Assembly (NCBI GenBank): GCA_963785725.1
Contig: CAWAWS010000022.1
Span: forward strand, 192,001-256,000
Origin: an uncultured delta proteobacterium
GTDB lineage: Bacteria > Myxococcota_A > Polyangia > Palsa-1104
DNA: 64,000 nucleotides
Direction of reading: 5' to 3'
A program made the translations under genes and the position numbers. This document shows, piece by piece, positions 1 to 9,930 of this stretch. Within the stretch, counting starts at the first letter, position 1. The number at the start of each line of letters is the position of its first letter. The notes under the pieces are model-generated. The model was not told the origin of the DNA, searched no databases, and worked only from the letters and a program-made list of their open reading frames with translations.

Positions 1-150
1 GACACGACTGGCGGATCCCCATGCCTCCCGACCTGACCTGGCGACGGAATCCGTCACAGCGCAATCCGACCTGACGAGCGACGGTTGACCGGGGCAGCTC
101 ATGACCTATCCATTGTCGTCATCGGGCCATGACGGCGCGAGGGGTGAATC

Positions 151-1542
151 ATGCTGCACGTCGTGAAGTCGCGTCTCACCCTGCCGCGTGACGAGGTCTT
201 CGGTGATCCAGAGCTCAGCCAGGCGCTGCCGAAGTACAAGATGCCCGAGCGCGAGAAGCTCCCGTTCGATGCCTATCAAGCGGTGCACGACGAGTTGGCG
301 CTCGATGGCAACGCGCGCCTCAACCTGGCGACGTTCTGTCAGACCTGGCTCGAGCCTCAGGTCCACGAGCTGATGAGCGAGTGCATCGACAAGAACATGG
401 TCGACAAGGATGAGTATCCGCAGACGGCGGAGATCGAATCGCGCTGCGTACACATCCTGGCCGACTTGTGGCACTCGCCGGACGCCGCCTACACGCTCGG
501 GACGTCGACCACGGGCTCGAGCGAAGCGGCGATGCTCGCCGGCCTCGCGCTCAAGTGGCGCTGGCGCAAGCGCATGGAGGCGGCGAAGCGACCTACCGGG
601 AAACCGAACTTCGTGTGCGGGCCAGTCCAGATCTGCTGGCACAAGTTTGCCCGATACTTCGACGTCGAGATGCGACAGGTGCCGCTGGAAAAGGGCCGCC
701 TGATGATGACGGCCGAAGAGGCGATCAAGCGCTGCGACGAGAATACGATCGCCGTCGTGCCGACGCTGGGCCTCACTTATACGCTGCAGTATGAACCGGT
801 CCCGGCCATCGCCCAGGCGCTCGACGATCTGCAGAAGCGCGCCGGCCTCGACATTCCCATCCACGTCGATGCGGCGAGCGGTGGCTTTCTGGCGCCCTTC
901 CTGACCCCCGCGCTGCCTTGGGACTTTCGCCTGCCGCGCGTGCACTCGATCAACGCCTCCGGCCACAAGTTCGGCCTGGCTCCGCTCGGCTGCGGCTGGA
1001 TCCTCTGGCGCGACGCCGAGGACCTCGCCGAGGAGCTGATCTTCAGGGTCAACTACCTGGGCGGCAACATGCCGACATTCGCGCTCAACTTCTCGCGGCC
1101 GGGCGGCCAGATCGTCGCCCAATACTACGACCTCGTTCGACTCGGTCGGCAGGGCTATACCCGGATCCACCAGGCCTGCTCCAACACCGCCGCCTGGCTC
1201 GCCGATCAGATCGCCAGCGTCGGGCCGTTCTCCATGATCTACGACGGTCGTGGCGGAATCCCCGGCTGCACCTGGACCCTCCGGGACGGCGCCAACCCCG
1301 GCTATAGCCTGTTCGACCTGGCCGAAAAACTGCGTGCGCGCGGCTGGCAGGTGCCCGCCTATTCGTTGCCGGCAAACGTGACCTCCACCGTCATCCAGCG
1401 CGTCTTGGTCAAGAATGGCTTCTCGCGCGATCTGGCCGGCCTACTCGTGCAGGATATGAAACGGAGCGTCTCGCAGCTCTCGAAGAATCCACCCAGCCAA
1501 TCCCTGACCGAGAAGGACGCGGGCTCCTTCACGCACAGCTGA
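151..1542 (+). CDS. gadB: Glutamate decarboxylase (PLP-dependent)
   Basis: Motifs [33 protein letters not shown] and PLP-lysine [11 protein letters not shown]; 463 aa; GAGGGG upstream. Confidence 0.95.
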   Translation: MLHVVKSRLTLPRDEVFGDPELSQALPKYKMPEREKLPFDAYQAVHDELALDGNARLNLATFCQTWLEPQVHELMSECIDKNMVDKDEYPQTAEIESRCVHILADLWHSPDAAYTLGTSTTGSSEAAMLAGLALKWRWRKRMEAAKRPTGKPNFVCGPVQICWHKFARYFDVEMRQVPLEKGRLMMTAEEAIKRCDENTIAVVPTLGLTYTLQYEPVPAIAQALDDLQKRAGLDIPIHVDAASGGFLAPFLTPALPWDFRLPRVHSINASGHKFGLAPLGCGWILWRDAEDLAEELIFRVNYLGGNMPTFALNFSRPGGQIVAQYYDLVRLGRQGYTRIHQACSNTAAWLADQIASVGPFSMIYDGRGGIPGCTWTLRDGANPGYSLFDLAEKLRARGWQVPAYSLPANVTSTVIQRVLVKNGFSRDLAGLLVQDMKRSVSQLSKNPPSQSLTEKDAGSFTHS

Positions 1543-1726
1543 GCACTGCGACCTCCACGGGGCGACGACAGCGGCGCCAGCGACTTCTGCACGGTACGCA
1601 GCCTCGGCATGTCCGACCCCGAGTTAGTCAGAATTGAAAGCGGCGCAGCGTGGCGAAGTCGTCTTCTCGTCGCGCGCGCGTGTCAGATGATTCGTACAAT
1701 CGATCTCGAGGATTGATGTCGATAAG

Positions 1727-4700
1727 ATGAGCCCGATGGGTCTTTCTTATGTGCGTCCTCTCGTCCTGGCGCTGATCCTCGTCGCAGGTTGCAGCCGAAC
1801 CAAGAGCAACTCGGGTGATCAGGATTTGTCGACGGCCGCTAGTGCGGACCTCGGCAACGGCAACGACCTCGCGCAGTCGATCATGCCGGCGACGTGCGGC
1901 AACGGCATGATCGATCCGGGCGAGACCTGCGACGACGGCAACAGCACGAGCGGGGACGGCTGCTCCTCGACGTGTCAGACGGAGATCGGCTGGGCCTGCC
2001 CGATGGTCGGCATGCCCTGCGTGCGCCAAGTCTACTGCGGCGACGGCATCGTCGAAGCGCCGGAGACCTGCGACGACGGCAATACAACGCCCGGCGACGG
2101 GTGCTCCGGCACCTGTCAGCTCGAGCCCAACTACACCTGCATGACGCCGACGCCGCCTCCGAACCCGCCTCACGAGGTGTGCACGTCGTCCATCATCTGC
2201 GGCAACGGAACCGTCGATCCGGGCGAAGAGTGCGACACCGGCAGCAACAACGGTGTGAGCGGCAGCGGTTGCACCGCGAGCTGCCAGATCGTGAGCGGCT
2301 ACATCTGTAGCGGCATGCCCTCCGTGTGCACGCTGAACACGAACACGCCGGTGTGCGGTGATGGTCGCGTCGAGGCCGGCGAGCAGTGCGACGCGGGTAG
2401 CGCGCTCAACGGCGTCGCCGGCAGTGGATGCTCCGCTACCTGCCAGCTGGTCGCCGGCTACCAATGCCCCACGCCCGGAATGGCGTGTGTCCTCATCTGC
2501 GGTAACGGCGTCATCAACGCCAACCTCGGCGAGCAGTGCGACGCGGGCAGCCAGAACGGCGTCGCCGGCAGCGGCTGCTCCGCCACCTGCCAGATCGTAA
2601 CCGATTACTCCTGCACCGGCGCGCCGTCGGTGTGCACGCTGAGCGTCGTCTGCGGCAACGGCCGTGTCGACGCTGGCGAGCAGTGCGACGAGGGCAGCAC
2701 CGACAGCCTGAGCCACGCGTCTTGCACGACGCCGGGAACGGGCACTTGCGTGTCGAACAACAACGGCAACAACGGCTGCTCGCCGACGTGCCAGATCGTG
2801 ATGGGCTGGAGCTGCCCGTCTCCGGACTCGCCTTGCGTCGCGGCGAAGTGCGGCGACGGCATCAAGGCCGGCAACGAGCAGTGCGACGCGGGCGCGGCGA
2901 ACGGCACCGGCGGTCAGGGCTGCTCGGCGACTTGCACCATCATCCCCGGCTGGGTCTGCACCGTCGACGGCAATGGCATGACCTCGGTCTGCAACACCGC
3001 GACCACGTGCGGCGACGGCAACTGGCAAGGCTCGGAGGGCTGCGACGACGGCAACCTCATCCCGTACGATGGCTGTTCGCCGACCTGCACGGTCGAGCCG
3101 GGCTGGTCTTGCGTCAACACCGTCACGTCCAACCCAGCCACGCCCGTCCCCTCGGTGTGCACGCATAGCGGCGGCACGTCGACGTGCGGCAACGGCCTCG
3201 TCGAGCCGGGGGAAAAGTGCGACGACGGTGCGCTCAACGGCACCTCCGGCGACGGCTGCTCGGCGAGCTGCCAGTTCGCGACGGGTTACACGTGCACGCT
3301 GCAAACGCAGGCCGCGCCGAGCTCGCTGACGATCCCGATCCTTTATCGCGACATGATCCACGAGAACAACGGCAAGACTTCACCGCCGGCCGGAACGACG
3401 CCCTGCCCAGACTTCGACAACACGGCGGTCACCAGCACGGGTGACGCGCAAGGCGACCTTCAGACCTTGACCGATTCGAGCGCGAAGCCGGTCTACAGCT
3501 CGACCCCGGCCGTTCCCGCACGGTTCGTCGGCGACACGGTGCTCTCACCCAACCTGACCGCCGCGCAGGTCTACTGCTGGTGGTATCACGACACGAGCTG
3601 CAGCGGCGCTGGCACCACCAACCCCTACGCGCAGACCGTCTACATGACCGGCGCGTGGAACACGGGCACGAAGACGTACGGTGGCTCGCCGACGACGCTC
3701 ACGCTCACGACGCTCGACGCCGTTCCGACCGCCAACAGCGTCTACACGTTCTCCAGTCCGCCGAACATAAGGACCACGAAGACGGGATCCACGGCGGCGT
3801 GCAGCACTGCTGGCCTCTGCGCCGCCGGCAACACCTACGTCCCCGACGGCACCTGTGCCTGCACCGGCTCGGGCTCAGGCACGTCGTGCACGGGCGACTG
3901 CGCGAACTACTCCTCGACGGGCTTCTTCCCGATCGATGGCCTCGGCTGGAACGATCCGAACCTCCACCCGGGCAAGTCGCAGGTCGACGTTGCCGACGAC
4001 GGCAAGTCGCACAACTTCTCGTTCACCAGCGAGATGCACTACGTCTTCACGTACAACTCTGCGAGCTCGCCGTCGTTCGCCTTCACCGGCGACGACGACG
4101 TGTGGTTCTTCATCAATGGTCACCTCGTCGTGGACCTCGGCGGCATCCACTCCGCCGAAACCACGACCTACACACTCACGCCCACCTCGAAAGACGTGTC
4201 AGGAAATTCCCTCGGCCTCACCGACGGCAACTGGTACTCACTCGACGTCTTCCAGGCCGAGCGTCACATTACGGGCTCCGACTACACGCTCGCGCTGCAG
4301 GGCTTCGTGCACCAGACCAGCGTGTGCTCTCCAATCTGCGGCGACGGCGTCGTCGAGGCCGGCGAGGCTTGCGACGCTGGTAGCACCGACACCGTCACGC
4401 ACCTGCCCTGCACGACGCCGGGCACGCCGGCCACCTGCGTCTCCAACAACGCGGGCAGCGCGGGGAGCATCGCGTACAACGGCTGCTCGGCCGACTGCAA
4501 GACGAGCGGGCCCTACTGCGGCGACGGCATCGTCGAGGGCACCGAGCAATGCGACAAGGGTGAGGCCAACTACACCTCGACCGCTTATGGCGCCGGCCAG
4601 TGCACGCCCGCGTGCAAGAACACGCCGTACTGCGGCGACGGCATCGTGCAGACGCAGTACGGCGAGCAGTGCGACCCCAACGACCCGGCGACCATGGCCA

Positions 4701-5326
4701 ACTGCAACAGCTCCTGCCTGCTCACCAACTTGTGCGGCGACGGCATCATCGAGGCGGGCGAAGCCTGTGACGACGGCGGCAACAACGGCGCCACCGGTGA
4801 TCCGTGCAGCGCGACTTGCACGCTGCGTTGCGGCGACGGCGTCGTCGAGACGGGCGAGTCCTGCGATCTCGGGAGTACCGACAGCGTGACGCATATGCCC
4901 TGCACCACTCCGGGCACCGGAACCTGCGTGTCCAACAACGTCGGTGGCTATGGCGGATGCAACGCCAACTGCACGTTCGGACCGTACTGCGGCGATGGCA
5001 TCAAGAACGGCACGGAGCAGTGCGACTTCGGCACCGCCAACAATGACGGCGCGTACGGCGGTTGCAACGCGAACTGCACACTCGGGCCGTACTGCGGCGA
5101 TGGCATCAAGAACGGCCCCGAGGCGTGCGACTGCGGCAACAGCGCTCAGGACAAGAACGCGTCGTGCACCGTGCTCAACAACCAGAACAACTACGGGCCC
5201 GGCGAGTGCACCAACACCTGCCAGACCGCGCCGTACTGCGGCGACGGCATCGTCGAGTCGTCCTTCGGCGAGCAATGCGACGGCGGCCCCGAGTGCACGG
5301 ACATGTGCAAGACAACCATTAGTTAG
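1727..5326 (+). CDS. Myxococcus Cys-rich repeat (DUF4215-like) lipoprotein with central fibro-slime/PA14-like domain
   Basis: Lipobox LVAGC; 17 CG(D/N)G...E.CD repeats; HNFSFTSE...FTGDDDVWFFINGHLVVDLGGIH...FQAERH fibro-slime signature. Confidence 0.9.
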   Translation: MSPMGLSYVRPLVLALILVAGCSRTKSNSGDQDLSTAASADLGNGNDLAQSIMPATCGNGMIDPGETCDDGNSTSGDGCSSTCQTEIGWACPMVGMPCVRQVYCGDGIVEAPETCDDGNTTPGDGCSGTCQLEPNYTCMTPTPPPNPPHEVCTSSIICGNGTVDPGEECDTGSNNGVSGSGCTASCQIVSGYICSGMPSVCTLNTNTPVCGDGRVEAGEQCDAGSALNGVAGSGCSATCQLVAGYQCPTPGMACVLICGNGVINANLGEQCDAGSQNGVAGSGCSATCQIVTDYSCTGAPSVCTLSVVCGNGRVDAGEQCDEGSTDSLSHASCTTPGTGTCVSNNNGNNGCSPTCQIVMGWSCPSPDSPCVAAKCGDGIKAGNEQCDAGAANGTGGQGCSATCTIIPGWVCTVDGNGMTSVCNTATTCGDGNWQGSEGCDDGNLIPYDGCSPTCTVEPGWSCVNTVTSNPATPVPSVCTHSGGTSTCGNGLVEPGEKCDDGALNGTSGDGCSASCQFATGYTCTLQTQAAPSSLTIPILYRDMIHENNGKTSPPAGTTPCPDFDNTAVTSTGDAQGDLQTLTDSSAKPVYSSTPAVPARFVGDTVLSPNLTAAQVYCWWYHDTSCSGAGTTNPYAQTVYMTGAWNTGTKTYGGSPTTLTLTTLDAVPTANSVYTFSSPPNIRTTKTGSTAACSTAGLCAAGNTYVPDGTCACTGSGSGTSCTGDCANYSSTGFFPIDGLGWNDPNLHPGKSQVDVADDGKSHNFSFTSEMHYVFTYNSASSPSFAFTGDDDVWFFINGHLVVDLGGIHSAETTTYTLTPTSKDVSGNSLGLTDGNWYSLDVFQAERHITGSDYTLALQGFVHQTSVCSPICGDGVVEAGEACDAGSTDTVTHLPCTTPGTPATCVSNNAGSAGSIAYNGCSADCKTSGPYCGDGIVEGTEQCDKGEANYTSTAYGAGQCTPACKNTPYCGDGIVQTQYGEQCDPNDPATMANCNSSCLLTNLCGDGIIEAGEACDDGGNNGATGDPCSATCTLRCGDGVVETGESCDLGSTDSVTHMPCTTPGTGTCVSNNVGGYGGCNANCTFGPYCGDGIKNGTEQCDFGTANNDGAYGGCNANCTLGPYCGDGIKNGPEACDCGNSAQDKNASCTVLNNQNNYGPGECTNTCQTAPYCGDGIVESSFGEQCDGGPECTDMCKTTIS

Positions 5327-5624
5327 CTGCATTGCGCCACTGATTCTTGGCCCGCGGCGTCTTCGTCGAGCGCACGCGTCGCCTCGTCGCGGCACCAGGC
5401 GAAGAATCGATCCACAACCGAGCGCGATTCCTGCCGCCGGACGACCCTCCAGTGTCCGAGCCATCGGCCGCGAGCGCGCTCGCTTCAGTTAATAATGACT
5501 TTATCGATATTATTTGATGTCTAATGATATTGGTTTCTATTTCAGCCGATAACAAGCGATCGCCGTCGCCGTAAAGCGAGTGGCGCAAGTCGAATAGGTC
5601 ATTTGGAGGCGAGTGGACCGCGAG

Positions 5625-6434
5625 CTACCAGGTGGGAACGACGAAGCCGGATTGGGGCCGAGCGAAGAGAAAGCCTTGAAGCAGGCTGAGGCCGTCCAGC
5701 TCGAGCGCGTCGCGTTCGCCGCGGGTCTCCACGCCTTCGCAGATGACGTGGACGCCGAGGTCTCGCCCAAGGATCCTGGCCAGGCCCTGAACGAGGCTGC
5801 GCTTGCGCACGAAGCGGTCGACGCCGCGGATGAGCGCGGCGTCGAGCTTGACGAACGTCGGCTCCAGCTCCCACAGGCTGTTGAGCCCTGCGTAGCCGGC
5901 GCCCAGATCATCGAGCGCCAGCCGGAAGCCGAGCGCGCGCAGCCGCGCCAGCCGCGTCGACAGGCCCGAGACCTCGTGCAGCGACGACCGCTCGGTGATC
6001 TCGAGGACGACCCGGTCGGCGAACGCCGTCAGCGGCGCGGCAGCGGAGATCAGCTCGTTGTCGTTGAGCTCGCCGGCCTCGACGTTGACGAAGATGTCGG
6101 TGTCGTAGGGGGCGCGCGGTAGCTCCGCCGCTACCTGGCGCCGGATGGCGCGACCGAGGTCGTGCAGCCGGCCCAGCCGTCGCGCGGCGTCGAACAGCGC
6201 GCCCGGTCCCGACAACGACGGCTCGTGCGAGCGCACCAAGGCCTCGTAGCCGAAGACGGCGCGCGCACTCCAGTGGACGATGGGCTGAAACGCGATCCAA
6301 AGGCGCTCGAGCGCACGCGCGAGCTGCCGCTCCAGCGCCGCGCCATGGCCGGCGGCCTCGGAGTCGGCCCGCGGCGCCTCGATCGCCGCGTCATCGCCGA
6401 CGAACGGACCGTGCTCGGGGGGTAAGTCCATCAT
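5625..6434 (-). CDS. Stand-alone EAL-domain c-di-GMP phosphodiesterase
   Basis: FQPIV...YEALVR, FVN, LEITE, DDLGAGY, VKLD, EGVET, QGFLFARP; start overlaps stop of upstream gene. Confidence 0.9.
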   Translation of the reverse strand: MMDLPPEHGPFVGDDAAIEAPRADSEAAGHGAALERQLARALERLWIAFQPIVHWSARAVFGYEALVRSHEPSLSGPGALFDAARRLGRLHDLGRAIRRQVAAELPRAPYDTDIFVNVEAGELNDNELISAAAPLTAFADRVVLEITERSSLHEVSGLSTRLARLRALGFRLALDDLGAGYAGLNSLWELEPTFVKLDAALIRGVDRFVRKRSLVQGLARILGRDLGVHVICEGVETRGERDALELDGLSLLQGFLFARPQSGFVVPTW

Positions 6435-9184
6435 GGCTGCCCCGCCGCCGCGTCGCGCACCGGCGCACGGCCGATGTGCTCGCGCACGACGGCGCGCACG
6501 AGGTTGATGTCGAAGGGCTTCTCGATGAGCCGCGTGCTGCGGAGGTCGGCCAGCGTTTCGTTGGTGAAGCCGCCGCCGCCGGTCAGAAAGACGGTACGTC
6601 CGGCGAGCTTGGGCAGGCGGCGCCGGATCTCCTGGAAGAAGTCGATGCCGCTGATCTCGGGCATCATCACGTCGCAGAAGATGACGTCGAAGGGCTCGCC
6701 GCGCCCGAGTAGCTCGAGCGCCTCGCGGGCGCGCTGGAAGACGACGACATCGTGCTCCCTGCGCAGCGCCCGCCTGAGCGCCTTGCCGATCCCAACGTCG
6801 TCGTCGATGACGAGCACGCGGCCGCGCCGCCGCGCCGGTGCTGGCATGAGCGGCGTGCGCGGCTCGGCCGGCTGCTGTCGATCGTCGTCGCCGCGGGCGG
6901 AGGCCTTGACGTCGCGAACGATGTGCCGGATGCGCTCGCAGTCCTCGGCGACGTCGCCCATCATCTCGCGCAGCGCGGCCACGCGCTCGGCGGGCAGGAA
7001 GCCCGCGACCGTCAGCTCCTCCGTCATCCTGTTCACGTGGCCCATCATGGAGGCGAGCGGCTGGTCGAGCTCGTGCGCCGCCGCCGCCGCCAGCGTGCCC
7101 ATCGAGACCATGCGATCGGCCAAGATCAGCCGCGACTCCAGCTGGCGCCGTTCGGTGATGTCGCGCGCGATGAGAATGCGGGTCGGCCGATTGTCGAAGA
7201 TCACCTCCAGCGAGGTCGACTCCACCGTCAGCACGCGCTGGCCCCGCCCGAGCAGCCGGTGCTCGACGGGATCGCTGCTCCCAAAGCTCGCTTCCAGGCG
7301 CGCGCGATCTTCCGGCGGGACCAGATCCTCGAACGGATTCTTACCCAGCAGATCGGCGCGGCGATCGTAGCCCAAGAGCCGGACGAAGCGGTCGTTGACG
7401 TAGACGGCGCGCTCGTCGCGTACCGCCAGGATGGCATCGGGCGCGTTCTCGATCAGATAGCGGAAGTTGGTCTCCGAGCGCTGCAGCGCTCGGATGAAGC
7501 GCTTGCGCTCGGTGACGTCGCGCGCCACCGCCAGCAAACACGGGGCTTCCTCGAAGACGACACCGAGCACGTTGACCTCGAAGCTGACGCGGCTGCCGTC
7601 TCGACGCAGCCCCTCACGCTCGAGGCTGATGGACGACCCCTCGGGCACCGACCGCAGCCAATCGCCGGCGCCGTCGGTCGCGGTGAGCGCGAACAGCTCG
7701 CCCAGGCCACGGCCGAGCACAGCGCGGTCGGCATCGTAGCCGAGTAGGCGTACGAAGCTCGGGTTGACGTAGACGACGCGACCGGCGCGCGACACGACCA
7801 CGGCATCGGGCAGCCCTTCCAACAGGGCGCGTAGGTTGGCGTCGCGGCGGCGCAGCGCGCTCTCGGCCTGCTTGCGCTCGCTGATATCGTGGAACAGCGC
7901 GATGTGCTGGCCGGGCCGGCTCGAGGGAGCGGCGGCGCACTCGATCAGCGTCTCGCTGCAGTCGGCGCGGCGCAGGAGATATTCTCCGCGCAAGCCGCCG
8001 GTCCGCGCGCAGGGCGTTCGCGCGGTGGCCGCGCCGTCGCCGGCCGGCCGAAAGAAGTCGCGACAGGAGCGGCCGATCAGCTGTGCACGCGGCAGGCCGA
8101 TAAGCTGGCACGCCGCCGGGTTGGCATCGTGGACGACGGCGTCGTCGTCATAGATGAGCATGCCGTCGAGCGCCGAGTCGAACACGGCGCGCATCAGCAG
8201 CTCGCTGCCATGCCGCTCGATCGCGCCCGCCAGCAGCTGGGCGATGGCCTGCACCGAGCTGATGTCGCTCGGGGCTAGAACCCGGCGATCGCGCCCGTAC
8301 ACCGACAAGAGCCCCAGCGGCCGCTGCGGGCCGTGCAGAACGACGCTCAGCCCGCTCCTGGCGCCGTGGCGCAGCCACAGCGGCTGCGGCTCGAAGCGGC
8401 CGTCGGCGCCCAGCTCCTCGATCACGACCGGCGCCTCCGCCCGCAGCGCGAACGCTGTCTCCGAAGGCCCGTGGCTCGACAACGGATCGGCGGCCGCGTC
8501 GTCGAGCTCGAAGCCAATGGCGGCGCGTAGTGCCAAATGGTCATCGCTCGACGAGAGCTCGTACAGCGCGCCCAATTCCAGCCCGCAGACGGCGATCGCA
8601 GTGCGCAGCGCGTCCTGGAACAGCTCGTCGAGACAGTGCGCGCTCAGCGCGCGAATGCCCAGCTCGGCCACCGCCGACTGCTGCCGAGCGCGTAGCGCCA
8701 GCTCGCGAGCCGCGCGCGAGCCCTCGATGGCGAAGCGGATGGCGCGCTCGAGCGCGGCGCTGTCCAGTGTTCCCTTGGCCAGGTCGGCCGTGGCGCCGGC
8801 GCGAGCGACGGTGTCGTCGACTGCCGGATCCTGGTCGTCGGTCAGCACGATGATGGGCAGCTCGTGCCCGCGGGCGCGCGCCTCGCGCAAAAGCTCGAGG
8901 CCGGAGCGCGGACCGACGACGTAATCGAGCAGCAGGACGTCGAAGCGCGCCTCGTTTAGCCGCTGCAGCCCCGATTCCAGCGAGGGCATCCACTCCAGCC
9001 GAAAGGCCGTGCCGCTGCGCTCCAGCAGACGCTCGATCAGGTTGCGCTGCTCTTCGTCGTCGTCGACGAGCAGGATGTGCCAACCCTGCTCCGCGTCGCT
9101 GTCCGGAGTGGGCGCTGCATGGTCCAGCTCATCCCCGTTGACGGCCTGGTCGTCGGCCAGGAGCCGCATGCTGTCTACTTCCAT
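6431..9184 (-). CDS. REC-GAF-3xPAS-HisKA-REC signalling protein lacking the HATPase domain
   Basis: N-terminal receiver (ILLVDDD...LLD), GAF (RARQQSAVAELG), three PAS ending in DI(S/T)ERK/R-type motifs, AHELDQPL, C-terminal receiver (VLVIDDD...CDVMMP...KPF). Start chosen at ATG 9184 with AGAGG upstream. Confidence 0.85.
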   Translation of the reverse strand: MEVDSMRLLADDQAVNGDELDHAAPTPDSDAEQGWHILLVDDDEEQRNLIERLLERSGTAFRLEWMPSLESGLQRLNEARFDVLLLDYVVGPRSGLELLREARARGHELPIIVLTDDQDPAVDDTVARAGATADLAKGTLDSAALERAIRFAIEGSRAARELALRARQQSAVAELGIRALSAHCLDELFQDALRTAIAVCGLELGALYELSSSDDHLALRAAIGFELDDAAADPLSSHGPSETAFALRAEAPVVIEELGADGRFEPQPLWLRHGARSGLSVVLHGPQRPLGLLSVYGRDRRVLAPSDISSVQAIAQLLAGAIERHGSELLMRAVFDSALDGMLIYDDDAVVHDANPAACQLIGLPRAQLIGRSCRDFFRPAGDGAATARTPCARTGGLRGEYLLRRADCSETLIECAAAPSSRPGQHIALFHDISERKQAESALRRRDANLRALLEGLPDAVVVSRAGRVVYVNPSFVRLLGYDADRAVLGRGLGELFALTATDGAGDWLRSVPEGSSISLEREGLRRDGSRVSFEVNVLGVVFEEAPCLLAVARDVTERKRFIRALQRSETNFRYLIENAPDAILAVRDERAVYVNDRFVRLLGYDRRADLLGKNPFEDLVPPEDRARLEASFGSSDPVEHRLLGRGQRVLTVESTSLEVIFDNRPTRILIARDITERRQLESRLILADRMVSMGTLAAAAAHELDQPLASMMGHVNRMTEELTVAGFLPAERVAALREMMGDVAEDCERIRHIVRDVKASARGDDDRQQPAEPRTPLMPAPARRRGRVLVIDDDVGIGKALRRALRREHDVVVFQRAREALELLGRGEPFDVIFCDVMMPEISGIDFFQEIRRRLPKLAGRTVFLTGGGGFTNETLADLRSTRLIEKPFDINLVRAVVREHIGRAPVRDAAAGQP

Positions 9185-9288
9185 AAAACCTCTCTTATTC
9201 GCATCGCCCATTCGCTCGTTGTTTCTTGCCTTGCGCTGCACAGCTGGCCGGCGATGGTTGCGTTGTTTGCCCGGCCGGAGACTCCTTC

Positions 9289-9762
9289 TCAGCCATGCTC
9301 GTCGGTGGGCAACGACAACTCCGCTGGCGGCAGCGCCAGCTGCGCCGCCCGCTGCGAGGCGCGGCCGGTAGCGCGAGCGATGGCACAGGCCAAATCCGAC
9401 TCGCTGAATGGCTTGGCCAGCAGGTACGCGGTCCCCGATTCCCAGGCGCGCTCGACCAGCTCCTCGTCCTGCACAAGTGCCGACATGAGGACCACCGGCA
9501 CGGTTCGCCAGGGCTTCATGGCGGCGCCGCGCCGCAACGTGCGGCACAGACGCAAGCCGTCGCAGTTGGGCATCTCGACGTCGGACACCAAGCAGACGGT
9601 CTCGTCCTTCAACAGATCGAGCGCCGCGTCCCCGTCCTGTGCGACGCGCACGACCACGTCGGGAAACGAGCGCTGGACCATCTTGGCCACGACGCGGCAG
9701 ACCCGCGGCTCGTCGTCGACGACGATGATCTCGGGCCGACCCACGCTGTCTTGTTTACTCAT
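9289..9762 (-). CDS. Single-domain response regulator
   Basis: IIVVDDE...[11 protein letters not shown]...LMSA...KPF; start at MSKQDS. Confidence 0.85.
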   Translation of the reverse strand: MSKQDSVGRPEIIVVDDEPRVCRVVAKMVQRSFPDVVVRVAQDGDAALDLLKDETVCLVSDVEMPNCDGLRLCRTLRRGAAMKPWRTVPVVLMSALVQDEELVERAWESGTAYLLAKPFSESDLACAIARATGRASQRAAQLALPPAELSLPTDEHG

Positions 9763-9930
9763 GGCGAGCTGCCAGAGCAGGGACCGGGCCAACGTCGGTG
9801 CCGCGCGAAAGGCTCGATTCTCGTGGATGCATTCGCGCGGCGCGTATCGTCGGCATCGGCGCGAGGTCATTTTGACCATGCACGCGGGGGTCGATTTGCC
9901 CCCCTGACCACGGCGGTCTACAGTGTCGCG

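Noticed and set aside
1890..5300. Periodic tgcggcgacggc repeats suggesting an array or CRISPR
   Set aside because: In-frame coding repeats (CGDG) with irregular spacing; no cas genes and no CRISPR array seen in the window.
1628..5464. Long minus-strand ORFs opposite the Cys-rich gene (and similar shadows at 12460-14235, 25778-27340, 33903-36104)
   Set aside because: Antisense shadows of high-GC3 genes; no motifs.
9226..9930. Long N-terminal extension of the NtrC-like ORF
   Set aside because: Overlaps an opposite-strand response regulator; receiver domain starts at 9931.
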